64,000 bases of DNA. Source: the human T2T-CHM13v2.0 reference genome, Homo sapiens. The position numbers and the translations under genes were made by a program. Of the stretch, positions 39,986 through 53,520 are shown piece after piece; the first letter of the stretch is position 1, and the number at the start of each line of letters is the position of its first letter. The notes beneath the pieces are model-generated. The model saw only the letters and a list, made by a program, of their open reading frames with translations. It was not told the origin of the DNA and made no database searches. The stretch lies in assembly GCF_009914755.1 (NCBI RefSeq), contig NC_060940.1. The stretch is one strand, 5' to 3'.

Positions 39986-40278
39986 GCTGGGCACAGTGGC
40001 TCATGCCTGTAATCCCAGTATTTTGGGAGGCCGAGGCAAGCGGATCACAAGGTCAGGAGTTTGAGACCAGCCTGACCAACATGGTGAAACCCTGTTTCTA
40101 CTGAAAATACAAAAATTAGCCGGGTGTGGTGGTGGGCACCTGTAATCCCAGCTACTCAGGAGGCTGAGGCAGAAGAATCCCTTGAATATGGGAGGCGGAG
40201 GTTGCGGTGAGCCGAGATCACTCAACTGCACTCCAGTCTGGGTGAAAGAGTGAGACTCCATCGCAAAAAAAAAAAAAA
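39986..40278 (+). mobile_element. Alu (AluS-like)
   Basis: Full dimer with A tail and degenerate TSD AGA(A/G)TAAGT(A/G)TATA. Confidence 0.95.
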
Positions 40279-40869
40279 GAGAGTAAGTGTATAGAATGGG
40301 TAAGATCAAACACCAATTTTTGCTTTCATTAAATATTTTCAGAAAGTGATCCTGAACCCGCCCACCCTCCAACCTTCCTGGAGTAAGCACCCTCTTCATT
40401 CTCAAGGTGCCAGTGGCCCTTTTCACACTGTCCTTCACACTTGTGTGGCACACACAGTGGTTTTTTTTGGCAGAGACTGCCAATTGTGACACTTACTTGT
40501 AAGCCACCAAGCCCTGAACATTCCACACAGACCATACTATTAATTTTATTTTTGCCCTCAGCCAGATTTCAAAGACCCCAGAGATGTCTGGAAAATTAAT
40601 TTATTAAAAAGCAATAGCTTGATAATACACACGATGATAGAAGAAATATGTTCAATATCGTATAAAACAGTTGGCAATCACTTAATAGAGTGTTCATTGT
40701 CAATTTAGTAGCTTGTCTCATTATGCTCAGCAAATAGTTGTAAAATAGTGTATTATTCATGAACCAACATGCTTTAATAACTTTTAGTGCACATTTATTT
40801 CTCAAATGCAATCTGAGTTAGATTCATCTATAAAAGCAACCAATTTTGCAAAAGTCGGCTTCAGGACCT

Positions 40870-41425
40870 CCCAAAGAAAGAGCAACATGTTGTGTGTCTC
40901 AGCCTGGAAATGCAAACTGGCCAAGCCCACACCTTTGTCCTAGCAGAAAGCAGGTAGTGGTAGCCCCTGACTTTAGATCATCCAGGAAAGGGTTAGCTGA
41001 TACCACCCCCAGCTGTGGACCCAACACAGTGGGGAGTGGCTCCCCTAAGCCAGTCCTGCCTGAGGTGGGTAGGATCTGATTCAGCCACCTGAGTCTCTTG
41101 ATGAGGCTGATCATGTAACTTACTTTGCAGTGGGATAGGAGCAGACCCAGAAGCAGGGGCTTCACCTGCCCTCGCGTTGCTGGATGCACCCTTCTTTACA
41201 CTCCTGCCATTCACCATGAGAGAAACATCCCCCAGGGGACCACTGGTCCAAGGAAGACAGAAACACATCCAGTAGCCACGGACTTAATTCATAGCCTGGA
41301 GCCAACCCAGCTGGGATCAGCTGACCCTCAGCTTACAGACAGATGCAAAAGCAATAAAGACAATGATAGCTGCTTTAAGCCAGTACCATTTTTGGGGTAG
41401 TTTGTTATGCAGCCAAAGCTCACCG
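40870..41425 (+). mobile_element. MLT1-type MaLR solo LTR
   Basis: Ends AATAAAGAC...TTTAAGCCAGTACCATTTTTGGGGTAGTTTGTTATGCAGC; 5' boundary approximate. Confidence 0.65.
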
Positions 41426-41593
41426 GGAAAGTGGCATATCCAGAATTTACTTTGAGATGCTCTGGGGACATCCTCAAAGCAGCTGGCAGTCAATTTACCT
41501 CATTTCACTTGCTGTAGAGGATGTTTGGCACACGGGACTATAAGCTCAAAAGAGAAGTCACACATAGTGAATAAAGAAAACAAAATTTGCAGA

Positions 41594-41817
41594 GGAGGGA
41601 AGATCACTTGAAGCCAGGAGTTTGAGGCAAGCCTGGGGAACATATCAAGATACCATCCCTAGAAAAAATAAAAAATAAAAAAATATTAGCTGGGCATGGT
41701 GGCACACGCCTGTAGTCCCAGCTACACTGGAGGGAGGCTGAGGTGGGGAGATCGCTTGAGCCCAGGAGTTTGAGGGGCAACCGCACTACTGCATTCCACA
41801 CTGTCTCTAAAAAAAAC
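41594..41817 (+). mobile_element. AluJ-like fragment
   Basis: GATCACTTGAAGCCAGGAGTTTGAG...GATCGCTTGAGCCCAGGAG. Confidence 0.85.
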
Positions 41818-43937
41818 CAGAAGAAATTTTAAAAATATGATTGAAAGCCGCAGAAGCAGCCATTCTCACTATGGGTCTTGATTTTCATCCAGGTGCTTCT
41901 CATATGGGCAACTCTATGCACACGCTCTACGGTAATAGAAGGAGAAATTAATTTAGTTAGCAATGGTTGACAATTCTTCACCTCAATGTTGGGAGGTGGG
42001 CTAAATTCAAAAAATACCTGACCAGTAAGTATTAAAAATAATGGTGAAAAATGCCTCACACCACAGGCACACCACTAGCATTAGTAGCAGTAATGGTTGT
42101 GATGGTTGTTATTGTCTTAACTATTCACTGATAGTGGAATTCAGAAGCAAGAGGAAGAGCAAGAAGCATCCTCTCCCATCCCTCACTGCAAGCCAAGCCG
42201 CCCAGAATCCAGGGTGTCCTTCCCATTTCTCTCCCAAAATTGTTCTCTGCCACCGTACCAGCAATCCTATTCCACAGTCATATCCTGTGGAGCCCACGGG
42301 AATCTCAGCCAGAGGCTGAAACCCTGACACTCCCATAGTCCATGCTAGCTGAACCTTGGCTGGTGGGCCTCTGGAGTGGGCTTCCACAGCTAGAAGAATA
42401 TTTTACAATGCAAGCATTTGACTTCCAAACAGAATTGCTTCCTGGTGTCTCTCCTCGCCATAGCTTGTGCGCTCAACTTGTCCTCTTGATACAGAGGAAT
42501 ACTTGAACATCATGGAGCTCTGATGACCATCCTGGTTAATGTTGGTGTTTGGGCAACAGCGGGACACAGTCTGTGTCCTCTACCTGGGGTCTCCTTTCCC
42601 TCCCTCTCCCTCCTCCAGGCTCAATGAGGGGAGCTCCTGTACGTCCTCCAAGAGCCACATCCTGGGGGAAGTTTTCCAGTTGATTCCTTGGGGAAAGTCA
42701 AGCATTCCCACCTTTGGATCCACAGAATCCTGCACCTGCTTCTCCAGTATTAAGTGGCTGTGCTGTTTGGCTTTGTGTGTTTAGTCTTGTTTCTCTCATT
42801 CATCCATGAGATCTTTCAAAACATAAAGTACATCTCACACACTATGCACAGTATTAAGACACAGAAGGGGCTCAGGAAATATTGTGAAGAAATTAGGGAA
42901 TACTCTTGTTGAGGCCAGGCTACGAGGCTAGACTGGAGGCCCTGGTCCCTTTCCTTGTCCTCTGAGTAGGCCTTCTCCAGGCTCCGCTCCTTTCCAAATT
43001 TCCAGGTCCTCAGCATTCCCCATTGAAGAAACAGGAGCTGATCATAGTTCGTTCTTATTAGGAGTTAAAGAAAAGTGCACGCCATCTCCGATGACTCCAG
43101 GCCCTCCAGGGACAACCTATACAAGGTTTACAGCCATAGGGAGCATGCGAGGACATTTCTAATTAAATTCTTTAGTGCTTCTACTTGACCTCATTTCAAC
43201 TGTGCCATAAATCTCGGAAAAAAAAAAAAAAAAACTCAAATCCAAAATTTTAAATAATGCTTATGAGTTGGTTTAGAATCAGGACTCGCCTTATTAACCC
43301 AATAGCTGCATATACTTGGATTGCCAGAGTGTGCCTTGAGACAGGGTCAGTTAAAGGCCAGTGGCCATTTCAATTAAAATGTTTTCAAAGATTTCCAAAT
43401 AATAAACTGGTCTGGCCTATAATTACAGATGAAATAATAATTTTTAAAAAACCCTCATAATCCTATGTGTAATGTTATGGCACGCAGTTGGTGTCCATGC
43501 ACCAAGACAAATATCTCCCCAAGACAGGGAGCCACGGAAACAACTGAAGTATAAATCCCGGGCACCATTAACACGCAGGCTCTATTAGTTGACTTTGTCA
43601 TTGGTCACATTAAAGCCTCATGGCGTTTGCTGGTGGCTTGGGAGGGAAGGGTTTTGGAACAACTTAAATGAACATATAATTCCACTCGGTAAATCTCTGC
43701 TGTAATTGGCTAATAAGCACACACTTTGCAAATAACCACTGGAAATGGTTGGTTGGAGGATTTCTCCCCCAACTTCTTTCTCACTTCCCATGGTTCTTCT
43801 GGCATAGAGGGTGATTCACTTTCACACACCTCCTGGCCTTTCAGAGTATGGAGACGTGGAAATTCTGAGTAGGTGAGTTCCATCTCAGAGGACACTCAGG
43901 GGAAAGCGTGCTGTGCTTCTTAAACTATGATCTATCC

Positions 43938-44157
43938 TATAGTTTTCTCAGCTCCTGCACTGTTGGCGTTTGGGGCTGGATCACTCTTTGCTGTAGGCAG
44001 CTGTCCTGTGTATTTGCAGGGTGCTTACTGTCATTTCTGCCCTTGATCCACCAGTGGCTAGCAGCGACACTGCACCCTGTTGTGATAATCCAAAATATTT
44101 CTAGACACTGACAAATGTCCCATGGGGGGCACAGTCACCCCCTGTGAGGGACCCCTG
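43938..44157. mobile_element. MER20 (hAT-Charlie)
   Basis: TTTGGGGCTGGATCACTCTTTGCTGT...GACAAATGTCCCATGGGGGGCA. Confidence 0.8.
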
Positions 44158-44892
44158 GTCTAGCCAGATGCACCCTCCAGGTCCTGTGGCTCAGCATCCC
44201 ATCATGGTGCATCGTGACAGTCCAGCAACTCGTCTTAGACGGGAATCTTCCTCCTGACTTGCTTCTCTACTGACCTGGCCTGTGTCACCTTTTGACCTTC
44301 TGGATTTTGCTCCCATTCAATTTCTCCTCTCACCCAGGCATGCGGTTCTTTTTTTGTCAGGCTTTGACCTGCAGTCATCAGCAAAGGATCTTGACTCTGA
44401 CCCTTTCTGAGGCTCTTCCTTCTTGAAGACAACTACAGAGCTCAACCCTTGCCTCTAGTATCCTGGGACAGAGCCCAGCATCCCCACAACTGCAGAAGAT
44501 GATGGCTTCATAACTGAATGCCAGCTTTTCCCAGGACCCAAGCTGTCCCTGGTTGGAAAAGAGGCCACAATGAAAGCTTTCTGCTTCTTTCCTGGCTCTT
44601 GGAAGCAGGTACCCACTGTCCTTCATTTACAGATTCCCTTTGTATCTAAGAGCGGGGGCACTGTAGAGCATACGTCTTTTTTACTTATTTGGGTACATAG
44701 TTCATTTCTTTTAGGAGTCTATGACCACACAGTAAAGAAAGTGGAATCTGGGCTATTATGTGACCTTGTGCCAAAACATAACACTCACTTAGTGCTGTTG
44801 TTGCCAGACTGTTTTCACTGTCACATCTGAAGCCTAAAGTCTCCCTGGGAATGCCAGGTGCAAGACAGAAAGAGTCTCTGGAAATGGGAATG

Positions 44893-45080
44893 AGGTTGCC
44901 AGATTAAAACACAGGACATTCAATTTAATTCGAATTTTAGATAAAACAAATTTTTAAAGTATAAATATATCCCATGCATACAGTATGGGATATACTTCTG
45001 CTGAAAAAAATCAGTCATTTATTTGAAACTTAAATTTAAATGGGTAGGCTGTATTTTTATTTGCTAAATCTGGTCACCTA
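44893..45080. mobile_element. MER53-like palindromic DNA transposon relic
   Basis: GGTTGCCAGATT...AATCTGGTCACC inverted ends with central ATATCCCAT...ATGGGATAT palindrome. Confidence 0.75.
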
Positions 45081-45569
45081 GGCAGGCAGGATCTCTTTTT
45101 CTTGGGGGATATAGGATTTGAACTTGACCCCACTCTACTTCCTGAACTTGACCCCAGCACACTCCATCTTGACCTGGACTTGTTTGCTCTGATCTCATGG
45201 TGGGGTAACCACCAGGGGAAGTGAGGACTCCAGGGAGACGCAGTCTCATCCTGTCACATCTTGTTGTCCTCACCGTGCTGGCTACAAGCTGGGGAGGTCT
45301 AAACACCTCTCTAGATCAGGTTCTCATAGCCACTCCCACTGTTGTAGTTTGCAGCTCTGGCCAAGGATTTGTCCATAGTCACTGTCCTAAAGGAAAGTGA
45401 AAAGTCAGTCAAACTAATTGTGTTTGCAGCTCCTGATTTTGTAACTCTCGGTTTTGTCAAATTCTCTCTCTGTTGCTTCCCAAATTCTGCCGAGCTGGAA
45501 CATTTGCATGGGTGCCCTAGGCTCCTAGTTTGTGCGCAGTGATTGACACATGTCTGTCACTCTTAAGTA

Positions 45570-45680
45570 GTGTCACTGACCATCCTGGTTTGCTCAGAAG
45601 TGAGGAGTTTCCTGGGCCGTGGGACAGTCCACGCTGAAACTGGTAAAGTCCCGGGCAAGTTGGAATGAGTTGGTTATCCA
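45570..45680. mobile_element. MER94-like (hAT-Blackjack)
   Basis: ACCATCCTGGTTTGC...GCTGAAACTGGTAAAGTCCCGGGCAAG; related copy at ~57090-57200. Confidence 0.6.
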
Positions 45681-46752
45681 ACTTGAGGCTGTTGGTGGAG
45701 TTATCTGGGGGATGGTTTGTAGGGAACAAACCTCCAAAATTCAAATTCCAACCCACTGAATGATAGGGTTCTCACTCACACTGGGTTGGATGGATAAAAG
45801 TGAATTCCAGACTTTCCACAGATGGCCAGATTAACCATCACCTCCACAGGGAGGCATTTCTGGACCATTTTGCCTACCTAGTCCGAACCCCTAGATGCTA
45901 ATGGTTTCTTTCCTAGCATGTCTCACAGCTGGGAATCACAGATTTATTCTTTGTCCCTCTCAATACCTGGAAAGCTCTGTGAGGGCCAAAGCCTTCTCTG
46001 TTTTGTTTATTGCTGAAATCCCCAGAAGTTAGGATAGTCCAGGCACATTGTAGCTGCTCTCAAAATATCTATTGACTGAGCAAATGGATGATTCAATGCC
46101 CAGCCATGGCAGGGGTAAGGCGCTGGGAATGGGCTGAAGAAGCACAGCCCTCAACTTTAGAAGCCTTGAAGAAAGATGATTATTTAAGATGGATAGTGGC
46201 AGCACAACACGAATGTTTTACGGATAGATGCAGAGGATGTGTGTAGCCATGCCCAGGAAGGCTTCACAAAGTATTTACCCAAATTATTATTTTAAATGGG
46301 TTATCAAGGTGGGCACATGGCTTCCCTTCTCTTTGCTTGCAAAGAACATCAAAGGGCTGGGCAATGCAAAGGTGATAGAGCCCAGAATGGCATTGGGGGT
46401 TTAGGGTCCCATGGCGGGGGGTGTAAGTGGAGAAAAACTATATGTGAAAATTAACTTGGGGATACTGGATTGACATTCAGGACTAAACATGTTTGGATCC
46501 AGGAGTCTTATGTTTTTGAATGAAAAAAAATTGGAAGACATGGTTTTCTTGGTTACACATGTTCTGTTTTGTCAAAATGTGCCCGATTGCCCTTTCTTCT
46601 GTCTGTATGCCTGGTGACATTTTAACTAAACTCCTCATCCCACTCCCAAGCCCTACAACACTTCAACTACCCCTTCAGGACCTCTCTAGCCAACATCATC
46701 TTCCCCCTCTCCTACCAGAATAAAAAACCCTTTTGCCTCCATTTGCCAACAA

Positions 46753-46762
46753 GCATCTCTGG

Positions 46763-46806
<44 letters not shown>

Positions 46807-49800
46807 GCAGCCCCAGTTAGGGGCTTATTGATAAAAAACCCCCATCTCCCTGGGACAGAGCACCTGCGGGAAGGGGTGGCTGTGGGCGCAGCTTCAGCAG
46901 ACTTAAACGACCTGGCCTGATGGCTCTAAAGAGAGCAGCAGAACTCCCAGCACAGCATTTGAGCTCTGCTAAGGGTCAGACTGCCTCCTCAAGTGGGTCC
47001 CTGACCCCCTTGTCTCCTGTTTGGGAGACACCTCCCAGTAGGGGCCAATGGACACCTCATACAAGAGAGCTTCGGCTGGCATCTGGCAGGTGCCCCTCTG
47101 GTACAAAGCTTCCAGAGGAAGAAACAGGCAGCCATCTTTGCTGTTCTGCAGCCTCCATTGGTGATACCCAGGCAAACAGGGTCTGGAGTGGACCTCCAGC
47201 AAACTCCAGCAGACCTGGAGGGGCCTTACCGATAGAAGAAAAACTAACAAACAGAAAGGAATTGCATCAACATCAACAAAAAGACATCCACTCACAGACC
47301 TCATCCAAATGTCACCAACATCAAAGACCAAAGGTAGGTAAATCCACGAAGATGGGGAGAAATCAGCGCAAAAAGGCTGGAAATTCCAAAAACCAGAATG
47401 CCTCTTCTCCTCCAAAGGATCACAACTCTTCCCCAGCAAGGGAACAAAACTGGATGGAGAATGAGTTTGACAAACTGACAGAAGTAGACTTCCCAAGGTG
47501 GGTAATAACAAACTTCACCGAGCTAAAGGAGCATGTTCTAACCCAACGCAAGGAAGCTAAGAATCTTGAAAAAGGGTTAGACAAATTGCTAACTGGAATA
47601 ACCAGTTTAAAGAAGAACATAAATGACATGATTGAGCTGAAAAACACAGCATGAGAACTTCATGAAGCATACACAAGTATCAATAGCTGAATTGATCAGA
47701 CAGAAGAAAGGATATCAGATACTGAAGATTAACTTACTGAAATAAAGTGAGAAGACAAGATTAGAGAAAAAACAATGAAAAGGAATGAACAAAGCCTCCA
47801 AGAAATATGGGACTATGTGAAAAGACCAAATCTACATTTGATTGGTGTACCTGAAAGTGACGGGGAGAATGGAACCAAGTTGGAAAACACTCTTCAGGAT
47901 ATCATCCAGCAGAACTTCCCCAACCTGGCAAGGCAGGCCAACATTCAAATTCAGGAAATACGGACAACGCCACAGAGATACTCCTCGAGAAGAGCAACCC
48001 CAAGACACATGCTTATCAGATTCACCAAGGTTGAAATAAAGGAGAAAATATTAAGGGCAGCCAGAGAGAAAGGTTGGGTTACCCACAAAGGGAAGCCCAT
48101 CAGACTAACAGCAAATCTCTCTGCAAAAACACTACAAGCCAGAAGAGAGTGGGGGCCAATATTCAACACTCTTAAAGAAAAGAATTTTCAACCCAGAATT
48201 TCATATCCAGCCAAACTAAGCTTCATAAGCAGAGGAGAAATAAAATTTTTACAGACAAGCAAATGCTGAGAGATTTTGTCACCACCAGGCCTGCCTTACA
48301 AGAGCTCCTGAAGGAAGCACTAAACATGGAAAGGAACAACTGGTACCAGTCAATGCAAAAACATACCAAATTGTAAAGACCATTAACACTATGAAGAAAC
48401 TGCAGCAACTAACAAATATAACCACCTAGCATCATAATGGCAGGATCAAATTCACACATAACAGTATTAACCTTAAATGTAAACAGGCTAAATGCCCCAA
48501 TTAAAAGACACAGGCTGGCAAATTGGATAAAGAGTCAAGACCCATAGGTGTGTGGTATTCAGGAGACCCATCTCATGTGCAAAGACACACATACGCTCAA
48601 AATAAAGGCATGGAGGAACATTTACCAAGCAAATGGGAAGCAAAAAAAAAAGAAAAAAAAAAGCAGGGGTTGCAATCCTAGTCTCTGATAAAAAAAGACT
48701 TTAAAGCAACAAAGATCAAAAGAGACAAAGAAGGACATTACATAATACGAAAGGGATCAATGCAACAAGAAGAGATAACTATCCTAAATATATATGCACC
48801 CAATACCGGAGCACCCAGACTCATAAAGCAAGTTCTTAGAGACCTACAAGGAGACTTAGACTCCCACACACTAATAGTGGGAGACTTTAACACCCCACTG
48901 TCAATATGAGACAGATCAATGAGACAGAAGATTAACAAGGATATTCAGGAGTTGAACTCAGCTCTGGACCAAGCAGATCTAATAGACATCTACAGAACTC
49001 TCCACCCCAAATCAACAAAATATACATTCTTTTCAGCACCACATTGCACTTATTCTAAAATTGACCACATAATTGGAAGTAAAACACTCCTCAGCAAATG
49101 CAAAATAATGGAAATCTTAACAGTCTCTCAGACTACAGTGCAATCAAATTAGAACTCAAGATTTAAAAACTCACTCAAAACCACACAACTACATGGAAAC
49201 TGAATAACCTGCTCCTGAATGACTGCTGGGTAAATAACAAAATGAAGGCAGAAATAAAGAAGTTTTTTGAAACCAATGAGAACGAAGACACAAAGTACCA
49301 GAGTCTCTGGGACACATGTAAAGCAGTATGCAGAGGGAAATTTATAACCAGCTAGTCCACAAGAGAAAGCAAGAAAGGATCTAAAATCGACACCCTAACA
49401 TCACAATCAAAAGAACTAGAGAAGCAAGAGCAAACAAATTAAAAAGCTAGCAGAAAACAAGAAATAACTAAGATGGGAGCAGAAGTGAAGGTGATAGAGA
49501 CACAAAAAACCCTTAAAAAAAATCCGTGAATCCAGAAGCTGTTTTTTTCTTTTTTATTTTTTTATTTTTGTTTTTTAAAACAAATTAGACCACTAGCCAG
49601 ATTAATTTAAAAAAGAGAGAAGATTCAAATAATTGCAATAAAAAATGAAAAAGGGGATATCGCCACTGATCCCACAGAAATACAAACTATTGTCAGGGAA
49701 TACTATAAACACCTCTATGCAAATAAACTAGAAAATCCACAAGAAATGGATAGATTCCTGGACACATACACCCTCCCAAGTCTAAACCTGGAAGAAGTAG

Positions 49801-52501
49801 AATCCCTGAATAGACCAATAACAAGTTCTGAAAATGATGCAGTAATTAATAGCCTACCAACCAAAAAAAGTCTAGGACCAGAGGGATTCAAAGCCGAATT
49901 CTACCAGAGGTACAAAGAGGAGCTGGTACCATTCCCTCTAAAACTATTTCAAACAACAGAAAAACAGGGAATCCTCCCTAACTCATTTTATGAGGCCAGC
50001 ATCATCCTGATACCAAAACCTGGCAGAGACACAACAAAAAAAGAAAATTTGAGGCCAATATCCCTGATGAACATTGCTGCGAAAATCCTCAATAAAATAC
50101 TGGCAAACCGAATCCAGCAGCACATCAAAAAGGTTGCCAACCACGATCAAGTCAGCTTTATCCCTGGGATGCAAGGTTAGTTCAACATATGCAAATCAAT
50201 AAACATAATCCGTTACATAAACAAAACCAATGAAAAAAACCACGTGTTTATCTCAGTAGATGCAGAAAAGGCCTTCAACAAAATTCAACAACCCTTCATG
50301 CTAAAACTCTCAATAAACTAGGTATTGATGGAACGTATCTCAAAATAATAAGAGCTATTTATGACAAATCCACAGCCAGTATCATACTGAACGGGCAAAA
50401 ACTGGAAGCATGTCTTTTGAAAACCGGCACAAGACAAGGATGACCTCTCTCATTGCTCCTATTCAACACAGTATCGGAAGTTCTGGCCAGGACAATCAGA
50501 CAAGAGAAAGAAATAAAGGGTATTCAAATAGGAACAGAGGGAGTCAAATTGTCTCTGTTTGCAGATGACATGATTGCATATTTAGAAAACCCCATCATCT
50601 CAGCCCAAAATCTCCTTAAGCAGATAAGCAACTTCAGCAAAGTCTCAGCATACAAAATCAATGTGCAAAAATCACAAGCAGTTCTGTACACCAATAATAG
50701 ACAAACAGAGAGCCAAATCATTAGTGAACTCCCATTCACAATTATTACAAAGAGAATAAAATACCTAGGAATACAACTTACAAGAGATTATGAAGGACTT
50801 CTTCAAGGAGAACTACAAACCACTGCTCAAGGAAATAAGAGAGGACACAAACAAATGGAAAAATATTCCAGGCTCATGAGTAGGAAGAATCAATATCGTG
50901 AAAATGGCCATAGTGCCAAAAGTAATTTATAGATTCAGTGCTATCCCCATCAAGCTACCATTGACTTTCTTCACAGAATTAGAAAAAACTACCTTAAATT
51001 TCATATGGAACCAAAAAAGAGCCCGCATAGCCAAGACAATCCTAAGCAAAAAGATCAAAGCTGGAGGCATCATGCTACCTGACTTCAAAGTATACTACAT
51101 GGCTACAGTAACAAAACAGCCTGGTACTGGTACCAAAACAGACATATAGATTAATGGAATGGAACAGAGGCCTCAGAAATAATACCACACCTCTACAACC
51201 ATCTGATCTTTTACAAACCTGGCAAAAACAATCAATGGGGAAAGGTTTCCCTATTTGATAAACGGTGTTGGGAAAACTGGCTAGCCATGAGCAGAAAACT
51301 GAAACTGGACCCCTTCCTTACACTCTATACAAAAATTAATTCAAGTTGAATTAAAGACTTAAATGTAAGACCTAAAACCCTAAGAACCCTAGAAGAAAAC
51401 CCAGGCAATACCATTCAGGATATAGGCACGGGCGAAGACTTCATGATTAAAACACAAAAAGCCATGGCAACAAAAGCCAAAATTGACAAATGGGATCTAA
51501 TTAAACTAAAGAGCTTCTTCACAACAAAAGAAACTATCGTTGGAGTGAACAGGAAACCTACAGAATGGGAGAAAATTTTTGCAATCTATCCATCTGACAA
51601 AGGGCTAATACCTGGAATCTACAGATAACTTAAATTTACAAGAAAAAGCAACCCCATCAAAAAGTGGGCAAAGGATATAAACAGACACTTATCAAAAGAA
51701 GACATTTATGCAGCCAACAATCATGAAAAAAAGCTCATCATCACTGGTCATTAGAGAAATGCAAATTGAAACCACAATGAGATACCATCTCACACCAGTT
51801 AGAATGGCGATCATTAAAAAGTCAGGAAACAACAGATGCTGGAGAGGATGTGGAGAAATAGGAACACTTTTACACTGTTGGTGGGAGTGTACAGTAGTTC
51901 AACCATTGTGGAAGACAGTGTGGCAATTCCTCAAGGACCTAGAACTAGAAATACCATTTGACCCAGCAGTCTCACTACTGGGTATATACCCAAAGGATTA
52001 TAAATAATTCTACTATAAAGACACATGCACACATATGTTTACTGCAGCTCTATTCACAATAGCAAAGACTTGGAACCAACCCAAATGCCCATCAGTGATA
52101 GACTGGATAAAGAAAATGTGGCACATACACACCATGGAATACTATGCAGCCATAAAAAAGGATGAGTTCATGTTTTCTGCAGGGACATGGATGAAGCTGA
52201 AAACCATCATTCTCAGCAAACTAACACAAGAACAGAAAACCAGACACCGCATGTTCTGACTCAAAAGTGGGAGTTGAACAATGAGAACACATGGACACAA
52301 GGAGGGGAACATCATATACCAGGGCCTGTCAGGGGGTGAGGGGTTAGCGGAGGGATAGCATTAGGAGAAATACCTAATGTAGATGACGGGTTGATGGGTG
52401 CAGCAAACCACCATGGCACGTGTATACCTGTGGAACAAACCTGCACATTCTGCGCATGTGCCCCAGAACTTAAAGTATAATAAAAGAAAATTAAAAAAAA
52501 A
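46753..52501 (+). mobile_element. LINE-1 (L1PA7-like), near full length (starts inside the 5' UTR), inactive
   Basis: 5' UTR segment, ORF1 from ATG 47352 (MGRNQRKK..., broken by stops), ORF2 from ~48437 fragmented (FADD, CWRGC...HCWWEC), 3' UTR and A-rich tail. Confidence 0.97.
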
Positions 52502-53094
52502 TCAAAGTGCACACCCACATAAGCATTTTACACTAAATCGTTAATGACTACTTTGGACTGTCTAAATTTAGAAAAAGAGTCCATCTGTTTGAAAAGAGTT
52601 TACCTCTCATTTACCTGTTTGACTCTCTCATTGCTTGAACATATCTCAACCCACAAATGTTACCAAAGTCACCATCTGGCTATCTTTCTTATTTCATGGG
52701 CCTTGATTCTGAAAACACAAGGACCCCCTCACATAGACACCCATTAAAATAACCCTGTAAAACAAAATTTGAGTTCCCTTTGATATGTTTGGTTTGGTTT
52801 AGGCAGGTTTTTTTTGGGGGGGGGGGTGGGGGTGTATTTAAATATACTTTTCAGTTTACTGTTAATGAGAAAAGAGAAAAAAGGAGTAGAAAACATGGAA
52901 ATGGGATAGAGAATCAAATTTCCAACATGAAATGTGTTAATTTTTAAGTGGCTTTCAGTAGGTGTCTTGGAACATCAGTCAATATGTGGTAAATAATCTG
53001 TGGTGGGTGGAATTGAGTCTAAGAATTCAACATTGGAACTTTACCCAAGAAAAAAGTCCAAGAGTGAGGTCACTCCAGTTGGAAATTGTTTGTG

Positions 53095-53520
53095 TCCATC
53101 TGTCCATCCATCCATCCATCCATCCATCTTTTCAATAATTTTCCATCTACCTTTCAATAATTTTAACTGTTGACTCTGTGCCAGGTACTGTTTTAGGTTC
53201 CTGTTCTAATGGAACTCCCATTCTGTAGACAGGAGACAGAGTAAACAACCAAACAAACAAAAAATAAATCAATCAATAAACGAGAACATCAGCTAGTGGT
53301 AAGTGCTATGAGGAAAATAAATCACAGTGCTGTGATAGAGTATAATGGGCAAGTGCCGGGCAAGGGCATTAAAGCAGGTGGTCAGGGAAGGCCTCCCCGA
53401 GGTGGTGATATTTCAAGCAAGCAGCGAATGAAAAGAATAAAGTCAAGTCCTGCCTGGTGAGCAAATAGCCAGTGTGAGAGCCCAGAGGCAAGAATGAGCC
53501 TGGCCTGGTTCAAGATTCAG
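53095..53520 (-). mobile_element. L2 3' fragment with (CCAT)n
   Basis: CATCCATCCATC...CTCTGTGCCAGGTACTGTTTTAGG...GTGGTAAGTGCTATGAGGAAAATAAA...GGTCAGGGAAGGCCTC. Confidence 0.7.

Noticed and set aside
44893-45080. Long hairpin as a miRNA gene
   Set aside because: Explained by the palindromic MER53-like element; no expression evidence
46920-47654. 244-aa ORF, the longest in the window
   Set aside because: L1 5' UTR reading into truncated ORF1; no evidence of an independent gene
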